Of a stretch of DNA of 64,000 nucleotides, positions 14,133 to 25,300 are shown in pieces. Each line of letters opens with the position of its first letter. The stretch's first letter is position 1. Source of the stretch: Oikopleura dioica (lineage: Eukaryota > Animalia > Chordata); the NCBI GenBank assembly GCA_907165135.1, contig OU015566.1, forward strand, positions 12,524,001 through 12,588,000, written 5' to 3'. The notes beneath the pieces were generated by a model. The model worked only from the letters and a program-made list of their open reading frames with translations, did no database searches and was not told where the DNA came from. Made by a program: the position numbers and the translations under genes.

Positions 14133-17100
14133 TCAAACACTATCATAGCTTCTGTATTTCGACCTTCTTCTTTCTTTACAAAATAATCTCGCAGAAATGA
14201 TTCCGATGTTAACGGCACAAATAAAGCAGGAAACTCCAATCATCAAAAGATTCTTCTCTATCGTAGGTATGGTAAACAACTGTTCATTATTTTTGACCAC
14301 TGTGGGTTGAGATAAATTTTCTAATTCCGGCTGAGTGGATTTCAATTTCGACTCAAGAGGGATTGCGGTGAACGCTCCTGAAGAGGGTTCAATTTTAGAA
14401 GAGGGCTGAAAATCATCATTTGATTGAACGAAAATACTGTTTTTACTTGTTTAATAGTCATTGTCCTGGCATTCGGTGTTGAAGTTTTTACTGAATAGTA
14501 GCCAGTAGATTCTCCAATCTGAGTGGTACTTCCGAAAGTTGCACTGACAGTGGAAGATCCTTGGGAAACAGATGACAATTCGTCGCCGACGGCCGCCCTT
14601 TTCATTTCATTTGACTTGTCTTCTTTTAGCTAAAGGTCGCTTTGTAACCTTTGAAATCAAGGAAGACCAACCTCTAATGCCAGTAAAAAACCTCTTCTGC
14701 TGAAAAACTCGTTTGTCTTGAACTCCAAATTCACGATCTGATGACTTGTTTCGTTGAAAAACAACGATTCGCCTTTCCAGGAGTTGCCGCAGAGTTTCAT
14801 CTCGCGAACATCTATTGAAGAAGTTGCTTCCGGAAGCGCTTCCGCCCTGATCGTGAGAACATCGTAGAGACAATCTGATCCATCTTCTACGTCGAAATCG
14901 ACGATGTCTGGACAGAAGAGGTTATAAAAACTAATCCGGTTAATTCGATAATTGCTTTTCAACATTCTTTCATTTATCGAATAGAAATTAAATTATAGGC
15001 TTTAAAATGCAGTATTGAAGATGATATCGTCTTTATATTTTCTGAAACATGGAATTTCTAAACAAAACGGCGCATGTTCGGCCGCATAACAATTTGTTGC
15101 TATCAATTGTCGCTCACCTATCCTAAACTCAGCTGGGGCAAGGACGCGCCAACTGCACGTGATCGAATTGCTGTATCTTCTTGGATAATCCGGACTGGCA
15201 ATCGAAACCGCCGGTTTCTCCCGGGATAACCTTGAATTTGGTACACAACGAAATCTAATCAATTTTTCGAAGGCTGTGTTTATTGCAAAAAAATATGAAA
15301 TTTTACAATTATGGATTTATTTGAAGCAGGTTGCTAGGTGGATACATATGGGGCTGGGGGGTTTAAAAACATGTGGCGGATGGGGGATGATATTTTAATC
15401 CAGGAGCGAGATGCTTGATCGGCGAAATTTGGATATTGATTATTGAGAATTAAATTTTCCTATCGTTTAGTTTTTTCCTAATTATTGCGTAAAAACCACA
15501 ATTCGATGGTACGTTCCTTATCTCTCCGCCACATTGAACCTGGCACCTGTATCCAGTCACTCCTTCCGGGCACAGGCAAATATACTCTGGATAGGTCATG
15601 TTTTGAGAGTAACTTTTTAAGGGTTATGCTTTATTTAATTGGACCCTTCCAGCTGAGCCCCTATTTTTGCTCGTAAAAACCCGTTTTCAAGTTCCACCGG
15701 CCTCGCACCTCGTTGCTTCGCAAGCGTCTAATTGCTTCTCACACTGAAATAAAGATATAATTAGAAGTGAGGTCCTTATCACGAATGACGCCCTACCCGT
15801 TCGCCGCTGAAACCTTCGCAAAAGTTGTCAACTCGTGGGAATTCGATGGAGCAGGGGACTTACCAGGGTCGCAGATGCAATTTGGGAAGGGGTCCGCGAC
15901 GCAGAAGCCGTGAAGGGAGCAGTCTGGGAATATGACGGTTATGGAGAAGATTTATACCTTTTTCTGTCACGTGTAAGCTTGTTTCTACTCGAGAAGGGTT
16001 AAATTCTTATCTCGCCCAACAGCCATAAGTGCTCCTTACCGAATCCATCGCAAGGGTCCTCATAGATTTCGCACACTTTCCCAGCGAAGCCCTTTTCGCA
16101 GGTGCACTAAACACCGTCCTGTAGTGAGTTTTTTCCTTTATCAGTGGCGATAACGCACCTCAAAGCCATTGTGGCGATCGCTGCATTGGCCACCGTTGCG
16201 GCACGGATTCAGGGCACACTCGTCCACGTCTATCTCGCACAAGCTTCCTATTTTTGGGCACACACGCGTTTTCTCGCTGATTTTCGTTATCAAAGAAAGC
16301 TGCAGCCAAATTTTTCTTTCTTGGCAAAGAAAACATCCGCTTTGCGATCTTGTGTGCCCAAAACCCATGAAGCTAGGAAAAGGAATCGCATTCAAGTTAA
16401 ATCGAGCAAGATTATATATTTATTGCACCTTGCCAAATACAGGGGCCAAGGGCGTGTGTGCCGCGCAAACAGGTTAAATCCTTCAAGTGGTCATTTTTGA
16501 CCACGATATTGAGTCCTACAGCGGTCAAGTGCCCCCCGATCGTGTGTTTTTTCAATTGTAAATTTTCAATTTTGACTCGAAAATGCGGTACTTTTTTTGA
16601 AGCTCGTGCTTTTTACCAATTAGCTTTCCCAGTGGCTCCGATCAGGGAAATTTCATGGGGAGTTAGGCACACGGGCCGAGGGCGAAATTTCACTTGTGAA
16701 AATCAATGGTTTTCCATTTCTTTTAAATTTACTCACCCCGGCGGACATTTGCACTCCCACCCAGGGCTTGTGTCGATACAGGTCGCGTTGTGCTATGTTT
16801 TCGGGCTAGGAGTGACATCATTTACTTGATCTGTAATTCACTGTAAAAACAAATCCCCGCTGGGCTAAATCTTGCGGGAGCAAATCTCAGATTGAAGCCC
16901 TGAAAGTTCTTTGGTGGGTTCAAAATTATAAGCCCGTTTCCTGGCAGCTGGCCGAAGAACAGGAATCAATGGTGACCTCGCAGCGAAGCCCGTCGAAAGC
17001 CGCCGCACAAAGACACACTGAAGAGAGGATTAGCTCTGATACTGCCCGCTCAGAAGATAATAGACCAAGCTCAGACGAAACTGGTGTTAAAAAATCCCCA

Positions 17101-18305
17101 AAATTAAGTCCCACTTTCTTCCCATGCTGTCCAGCTGTTTCAGTACTGCTTATTTCATGACTCTTCAAAATTACAATGCAAAAAGGTCTAAAAAGAAACC
17201 TCAAGGTCAAATAAAGCCCTCGAAAAAGTTCAAAACGCAGCGCAGATTTGGAATTTCCGGAATTTTTTTTTTTTTTCAAAAAACCGTGAAGAATTCCAGG
17301 GCGGAGCAAGAATATTGAGGAGCATCTTTGATTATAGAAACCATCAAAGAAGCCGGAATTAGGGCTACTAAAGACTTTGCGAGTTGATTAAGGGTGTCGG
17401 TAAAATTTTTGCATTTTCGCAGGGAACTTTGATTTACGATCGTTTGCGAAGGGGCAAGGGGCCTATAATCCTTAAGGGTCCTCTCAACACCTGACCTGAC
17501 AATGGCTACTTTTGGCCCTCGAGCGAGAAAACAAGGGTGTTCTTAAGGTTCTCCTCCGCTTTGTCCCACTCTCCTTATCAAAATAACCCACTCCAGCGCA
17601 CCATAAAGGGCCTATTTGTTGCTACTAGGTTAGGATCATCCCCATGCGAAAAATGGTGAATGGGAAACGAAAAAAATGGTTTTGATAAAAAGAAAAGGAA
17701 TCTGCTGTAATTCCATTGTATCCTCAGATCTGGCCAGCTGAGGCTTTTGATTCGGAATTTGAGCAGCGAGTGCCCATTAATCAGAGCTTACACACTTTGC
17801 TTGTCACTGTTAGGGGCAAATAAAGGAAGAGACTTGCGCCATTTGTCAAACTAATCGCTTTCCACTGGAACCGAGCCCGACCGCCGAACAACAAGTTAGG
17901 AACATTCTCACTTCTTTGATTGTTTTTATGCCTAATTAGGGCTGTGGAGGGTTTTCATCTGGGAAGCTTTTCTTGTTCAGAAAATATTCAATCAAAGACA
18001 GGGCCAACCCAGTCTCTTACTCTTAACCCTAACCCGAACCTAACCAAAAACTTGGTTTCCCTGGCAACTATTTTTTGGCATCGACGATTAATAATTTGAG
18101 TAAAAATATAAATGTAAATTTGGAAATTCTAATCCATTGGGAAATTTTCCAACTTCGGAGGATCAAAATTCACGACGTGGCAAGGCCTAATCTCTTACCA
18201 TATGGAGGCTCTAAGCCAGGAGCGAAAACGCAGGTGCCGCCGTTTTCGCATGGCTCAAGTCTGCAAGCATTTTCAACGCCGAAAAAGTCGAATTCTTGGT
18301 TTTCT
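14133..18305 (-). CDS. Type I membrane protein: at least 5 EGF repeats, one CUB domain, Ser/Thr-rich stalk, TM helix, short tail (5' end not resolved)
   Basis: Spliced EGF units: [28 protein letters not shown]; [20 protein letters not shown]; [26 protein letters not shown]; [26 protein letters not shown]; [29 protein letters not shown]: [60 protein letters not shown]: [23 protein letters not shown]. Confidence 0.85.
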
Positions 18306-21300
18306 ATGAAATCGTATCGATTCATTTTTTTGCTAGAAAGAGCTTTGAAGCCTTGGCTTACCTTTAAAAGGCCCAAAAGAAGGGCTCAAACGGCCAATTT
18401 CAGCGTAATAAGTCGGCTCAGCTGTCCTCAAGTACTTTTTGAGTGGCTGAAGACTTTCTCACTGAAGTAACGTTTTAACCCGGCGGCGTCTTTACTTATC
18501 GATCTATCGACACAGGCGAAGGGGATCAAAAGGAACCCAAAATTGTCAGATTAAAAGGGATCAAGTGATTCCTGTTTAGTCAAAACATCCTCGCGAAAAT
18601 TATTCAAGAAGAGGAAGATTATCGAAAATGGAAGCTGACCGGATCAATGGAAATTTTCATAAACCGGAAAATCTTAAATTTATCACAGTTTATGTTACAT
18701 TTTTCGAAGAGAGCGATAAGGGCGCGAAATAATTCGCTCGAAATAAGCCGCTAATTGGAGACGTTTTGGAGTAGGGATTGGAGAAAAACAGGTTCAACTC
18801 AAGTCTCGATTCCTAGAATTCAAAATTAACCCATCTGCGCATGAAGCAATCTTTTGAGGTCCAAAAAGGAAGTTGCATTGCATTTTCGGCTATTTACTCA
18901 GGCCAAGTGCATGGAATCGATATAAAAAGTAGAGGCGGAAGCTGGCAGTGGACGGAAGAGTGCTCGCCGCGTCTATCAGACAGGTGGACATGTCCAAACA
19001 GAACTCTTTACGACAAGTTTATGGGCGCGAAATGGTCCCGCTCGTCACGGCCAAGTGTCAATACCACTGACAGGTTTCAACCAACTAATTGCCTTTTCTT
19101 GTGACATCGGCTTCCGAAATTACCACTAGGCGTACTTTGGATGCCAAACTTGATCAACGGGTTAAAATATTTTCATTTTTAAAGTCTCAGCCTGAGACTC
19201 TCAGGAAGGAAGTATTGCCGTCCAAATGAATTTCTTTCAATGATGCAAGAATTTGAGTGTCGCACTTGATTTTGACTTTGCGCCAGTTTCAACTCATTGA
19301 GCGGGTGTTGTTTTGCCATCAGGGAATTTTCTAAGGGGTTATTTTTTGAACTTGACAGCACCGGTGAATGAGCGCGCGATCCACTTACGCAAAAGGGTTA
19401 AGATTAATTTTCATTAAAAAAAGTTGCCGCCGATTTTTCGCTCCTTTTAGGGAGCTGGGCTGAAGGATTAATTTTGACGGATCGGGCCGGATATTCGCCG
19501 ATTTTCAAAGCGCGCGGGCTGGTAATTTGCCATTTGAGAAAATTTTCTGAAATGCTCACGTGATGCTTTTGCGAAATCCAAAATTAGAAGAAAGGGTCTT
19601 TGAAGTAAAGCAGCTTGTTGAGAAAATTAATTCTTCAATAAATTCTTGTCTAGCCAATTTTCGAAAATTAGTCGAAAATATTCTATTTTCTACAATAAAA
19701 GTGGTCTCATTGACGATTTCGATTCAAAATGAAAATGACGGTAGAACGGCTTAAAAACTAGCTAAAACATCAAAGATTTAATTTTATGGCACTCAAAGTC
19801 ATAATTACGATTTTCTTGTCGATGACCACCTGGGTAGAACTCAGCTGGATAAAGAACGAGTTAAAGTTAATATCGCCATAAATAATTATTTTTCTTATCA
19901 CATGATCAGCCGCTTTTCCGACCAGCGTAAAAAGAACCTTTCGTCAAAGTTATTTTTGCGCCTTCGGAAGTGACCTTTGGGGACAGTGGATGATTTAGAC
20001 GAGCTTGTCAGTCGCCAGTTTTGGGATCAGAGAGAAGAAAGGCCTCAAAGTCCAATTGAAAAAATGACAAAATCGGCGAGACAACTTGTAAATCCAAAGA
20101 CGAGGGGTGGTCCGGTTCTGGAGCTGCTCCCGAAAAGATCGAATTCTGGAATCGAAATACCGTAGAAATTCTTCTTTACAAGTCGGATTTCTTCGACAGG
20201 TTAATTTGTCAAGCTATCAACAAGAAACTTATCTAAATCCAAATCAAAGCAGCCAGTGATCCGTGCTCGTAAGTAAGTGTGCTGCTAAATCGCCCGTGGA
20301 AAACGTTTAGGTTAGACAAGGACTTAGAGGCGACTCGGGCGCCATTATCGAGCCACAATCGGTTAAAAACACTTTTGCTGTACTTTTGATAAGGCGGATT
20401 GCGGAACTTGGTGATTCCGGAGTTGAGGTGAGAAAGTTTTTTTTTTTGTCGAAAAATAAGAAGTCTTCGGGGTCGTCACTTGTCGACAAATTACATCACT
20501 TTGGAAGGTGCTTGTTCCTAAAACCGCAAGTCAAACATACTCATCCCTTTTCCATGAAGCTCGGGCCCCAGCGTGATGTGCCAAGCTGTCTCGAAATTAG
20601 GGTGACCCAAGTATTAGCCACCCGCCAAGGTAGGGCCATGTTCTCGTTACAGTTTGCAAAACAGGTAGTTACAGTTGCTAATTTGTCAAGGGTGGGGCAT
20701 CATGTCTGCCGGCGATTCTGACGAATGTCACGGGCACAAAAGATGCACCTGAGGGACTGTATCAAACACGGACTTGTTCAGGGACAATGACAGAATGGCC
20801 GCAAGTTCCGAAGGAAGCAGCTGAGCCGGAGCTGGGGCCTGAATGGACGAACTGTAGAATGCCGCCAGGATGACGGTAAATCCTGCCAAAAAAGACACAG
20901 TAGCTTTAACTGAAGTCTCCCAGAACATGTATCGACTCCTAAATGAGGGATCAATTTGGCGCGAAATTTTTAATTCAGCAATTTTGAAATCGACTAGTTG
21001 ATGGGATCCGGAAGTTGGCCTCCTGTCTGTAGTGCGAGACTCTCTCTCATACAGTAATTGGAGCCGGAGGAGGAGGAGGAAAGGCACCTGGAAAAACTGG
21101 CGGAGTTACCGCATTAGAGGAGTTTGCGTTGCGTTTAATCCACTTTGAGACAATCAAATAAGCGGTATTTCTTGGCACGCGCCCCAGCAAGGAGCGAGAG
21201 ACCCCTTAGAAGAAAGTACAGCTGCTGCTATTGGTGTGTGAGTGTTGGGAGTAACAAACTAGCGTGAATTAAAGGGTGCACCTGCAGGGCCAGCACATAG

Positions 21301-21423
21301 CTAACAACGAGCGGGCGCTTGAAACGAAACGGCTAAACGACGGATTTGACGCTCAAAGGCACCTTCGACTGCCAATTTAAAAAGATTAACTGCGACCAGA
21401 GTTGCAAATTTTTGAAAATTTTT

Positions 21424-21690
21424 TGTGAGCTGAGCTAGCTGAGCTGAGGTCGAAATTGAGCTGAGCTGAGCTGAGCTGGCCCCTTATAAAAACAACTGAG
21501 CTGAGCTGAGCTGAGCTGGATTTTTTCAAAAAAATTGAGCTGAGCTGAGCTGAGCTGGGGCATAGTTGAAAATTTTTGAGCTGAGCTGAGCTGAGCTGAA
21601 GATTTCTGAAACTGAGCTAGCTGAGCTGAGCTGACCATTTTTTTATGCTGAGCTAGCTGAGCTGAGCTGAGCTAGCTGAGCTGAGCTGAA
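21424..21690 (+). repeat. (GAGCT)n pentamer array, left subterminal block of the hAT MITE
   Basis: Runs of CTGAG/GAGCT interrupted by short AT-rich spacers. Confidence 0.95.
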
Positions 21691-21743
21691 AAAGCTGATG
21701 TTTATTTACTACAAGGAATGCCAAAAAAGTGTGTTGAAGCGAA

Positions 21744-21993
21744 TTTCAACCTTCTAGAGTAGATGGACAGGGGAGCCCCTGCCCTCACACACCCCTAGAC
21801 CAGCATCTCACTCGCAACATCGCACTTTTTTGACATGAAAAAACTTATTCTGTCATTTAACAATAAGGAATCCTCTAAAATATTATACAGTGGTATCATT
21901 TATGTGGTTGAGCCAATGTTTCAACCTTCTAGCGTAGATGGACAGGGAGCCCCTGCCCTCGCACACCCCTAGACCAGTCTCTCACATTCGCAA
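21744..21993 (+). repeat. Two ~74-bp direct repeats (21744-21817 and 21919-21993) inside the MITE
   Basis: TTTCAACCTTCTAG(A/C)GTAGATGGACAGGG(G)AGCCCCTGCCCTC(A/G)CACACCCCTAGACCAG occurs twice. Confidence 0.9.
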
Positions 21994-22185
21994 TCACATA
22001 TTTACCATCTATACTTTATTATTTTTATATTGGAAGCGCTTTTTTATTTAAATTCTCTCTTGCTTCAAAGAAAACTCGAATTATTTCTATCTAAAATTGA
22101 CCAACAGGAAAGCATGAATAGAAAAAACGTCGAAGTTTTTGAAAAATAGACCAATCAAAAGTGGTTCGAACTTTGTCAGCTCAAT

Positions 22186-22398
22186 AGACTGAGCTGAGCT
22201 GAGCTAGCTGAGCTGAGGTTAAAATTGAGCTAGCTGAGCTGAGCTGGCTCTTTTCGAAGAACCATTGAGCTGAGCTAGCTGAGCTGAGGTCAAATTGAGC
22301 TGAGCTGAGCTGAGCTGACCCTCACCTCAAAATTACTGAGCTGAGCTGAGCTGAGCTGTAGCTCAGCTAGCTCAGATAGCTCAGCTCAGCTAGCTCAC
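22186..22398 (+). repeat. (GAGCT)n pentamer array, right subterminal block (direct orientation, flipping to inverted in the last ~40 bp)
   Basis: Same unit and similar spacers as the left block. Switches to AGCTC after ~22358. Confidence 0.95.
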
Positions 22399-25300
22399 AA
22401 AATTTGCAACTCTGACTGCGACCCCACTTCAGAAATTTACTCGCTTTATTTTGTTATATTTGGATAGTACTTAATTCAAAAAAGTCTTCTTTACGTTTCT
22501 TATTTCGAAGCTGTCAATTTTCTGACTCAAGCTCGCTTCTCACATTTATCATTTTCCGACATTCGGAGACATTCGTTGTTTCTTATCGAGTGTTGGGTTC
22601 GTAATTCGCGGTTCTGCTACGCTGAAATTTGCGTCAAGTGTGCCCGGCTTGGGTTTTCTTTTCGCACTTGTTCTGATTGACTTAACCTACTTCCGGATTC
22701 GCGTCCCTTTGCCAGCTGCGCTAGTTGAAATTGGATGCGATTGCACCGACGGTTAAGGCTCTCCTTCCCGATTTTGAGCTGCCAGAACCGTTAATTATCT
22801 TCGTGAATCTGCAAAATAAGCATAAAGAGACTACAATATGCAATAAACTCTGAGGATAAGATTCACATTCAACCCATTTTCGAGTCAAATTCAATCAGAT
22901 CTGCGGCGGATTCCCAGGCCTATCAGCAGATGATCCTTTCATCATTCCCATAGGAGCCGCCACTTTGGCTCTTCTCCCTTAGATTCTGCTGAGAGTTACA
23001 ATCCAAATTAACTGCAATAAATTCCAACACACTCAAAAATAACTTCCTTTTGCAATAAAAAACCCGCAAAGTAGAAAATTGTAGACCGAAAGAATTTCCG
23101 ACATTTTGGTATTTCTTTGTCACCTGATCGGTTTTTTACCGAATCGGGTTTAACTTGCCAACAACAAATTCTTCCTGGGCGGAGAATTTACATGAAAGGT
23201 CACATGTTCCCGGAAAAATTTCAAAAATTTTACCTAGATTGACGAGCCCCGCCGCGAAAAATCACCTGCCTTTTCTGTCAACCCCTATTTTTGATCGATT
23301 CCTTTTGTATTTTAGTAGCAACAATGCTTTAAAATGTTTAACCTGTTCTTCTGACGCGCGTAACTGGACAAACATCCGGCGGGTTTACGACCGGTTACGA
23401 GCCTGGTTATGGCGAAATCAAGAGCCAACATCAATTAATAAAGATCTATTAGCTCAAATCTTAAAACACTTCCTTGTTGTTTCGGAACTGAATCACGTGT
23501 TTCTGACCTTCAAAAGATCATCGTTGAGAATCTGAAGGACTGAAGATTCTAGTTCAAAGAATCGACCAATCAGAAAGTTGAAATGATGGATGAAAATGTT
23601 CGTTATCTTGAGAAGCAGTTGTAGCGTGAAAATCCCGAGGAAAACTGGTTTCATGATTTAATCCGTCTTTGAAGTGCGTTTTCCGAAGCAGCGAACTTGT
23701 TGGAGTTGTTAGGTGCGATAAGCTGCTGAACAAAGGAGCCATTGATCGGAGAAGTTCTCCGCGCTTGTCCGAAAATTGTCGGAAATGGGCGCAATTCAAA
23801 TTGAAAATTGTTTCACTGTCAAAACGAAACACACGTCGATTGACGCCCTCTGTACTTAAATTTTGTATATAAAGAGCTGGCTTTTAGAAAAGAAGGAGCT
23901 TTGAATTAGTAATTGGCTCGAGTGGAGTTGTAAGAATAATAATAAGGCGTAGTTTTTGCTCGGATTAAAAATGCAAAAGTTTTGATCAATCAGCCAGACC
24001 TTCAAAAGTAGACGCGCATCTTACTCTGTTTTCAGACTGTATGTCAGCAGTGGCGGGGAGACCCTTAATTTCGTGGCTTAGGAAATGAAGATGAGACTTT
24101 GGTTGAGCATTTATCATTAATTTCTTAAGGGTATCCCTTTAGTAATTCATTCTACAGCAGATTATCTTCGAAAACGGTCGATTTCATGAATTTCGCTCAG
24201 ATTAGAATGAGTGGTCACCTCAAAATAATGATAAAAAACACTCAATAGTCATTATTTTTCAACCGCGGTTCTTGAAACTGGATAATATAATGATATCAGC
24301 GTTTTGCCTTTTTCACTGTTTTTTGGCACCATTCCAGCCTGAAAAGGTCCTTGTCTGAAGAGCCGATTTAATCACCCGCTGAGAATCGCTGATAACGCCT
24401 GTCACATGTCCCAGGCGGCGGGTGATCACATCAAAGCGAACTTCGCACCGTTAGTTGTGCATTGAAAAACCGCGAAAAACAAATTTAGCGACATTTTTCC
24501 GCATTTTCCGGTTCTTCGTTAATCCCGCTGAAAATTCGAAAAACAAACTAAACGCCGCCATATCAACTTTTTGGTCGATTCCCACGAAAACACACAAAAA
24601 TAGAACTAATTGGCGATTCTGCGGTATTTTCATCAGAAAGAAAAATAAATCCAAGCGAGGATTTGGGCAATCAGCTGCGAAATTTATTGAAAGAGAGCGA
24701 AAAAAAGGTTGAAATTATACAGAAATACAGAAAATACTCATTATACAGAAAACTCTATAATTTGCATTTTTTCATATCAACGATTTCATCCAAGAATATC
24801 CTATTTTTCAGCCATTTTTATCTTAAATTATCTCAAAAATTGATGATTTAATCATCAAATTACGAGTAAATTCATAATTACTCAGTCAAAACTTTTGACT
24901 CAAAAGGATAGTTCATTGAGGAGTCTTCCATTCTTTTACCAATAAATTGGCAGATACGCTGCGGGGTGTTAATATTTCTTCATAGATCCCCATTCCCTAG
25001 AATTCTTAAATTTCCGGTCCTTCAATAGATCCCCTAACTCCCTGGTTGATCCCCTTATTCTTCACCCAACCCAAGCTCGATCCAGCTCGTCGAGGGCCTC
25101 TTCAGTCTGCAACTCTCGCCCGCCGCCGCAGAAAAAAAGCGCGGCGGTGGCGCCCTTAGCGCACTTTTAGCGCGTCCTCGCTCCTGCCGAGAAGCCGAGC
25201 GCTCCGCAATTTTCGCTAAATCAAGTTTGACACGGGTACCGTAACCAATAACTGAATCCCGATTTTTATTTCCAAGAGAGAGAAATTAATTAAAAAAAGC

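Larger units (their letters stand above)
21397..22414. mobile_element. Non-autonomous hAT-type element (MITE), ~1018 bp
   Basis: TIR CAGAGTTGCAAATTTT at both ends. Perfect 8-bp TSD ACTGCGAC (21389-21396 and 22415-22422). No long ORF. Confidence 0.9.

Noticed and set aside
18024-18045. TAACCCTAACCCGAACCTAACC telomere-like run
   Set aside because: Only about 3 degenerate units, too short to call an interstitial telomere.
21435-21638. ORF MVSSAQLAQFQKSSAQLSSAQ...
   Set aside because: Translation of the (GAGCT)n array inside a MITE.
21397-22414. CRISPR-like appearance of repeat blocks with spacers
   Set aside because: Eukaryotic context, pentamer units with irregular spacers, no cas genes. Fully explained by the TIR/TSD element.
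24371-24426. Nested hairpin (9-bp outer stem, 6-bp inner stem)
   Set aside because: No tRNA, snRNA or snoRNA motifs. Such stems can arise by chance, and I cannot test conservation.
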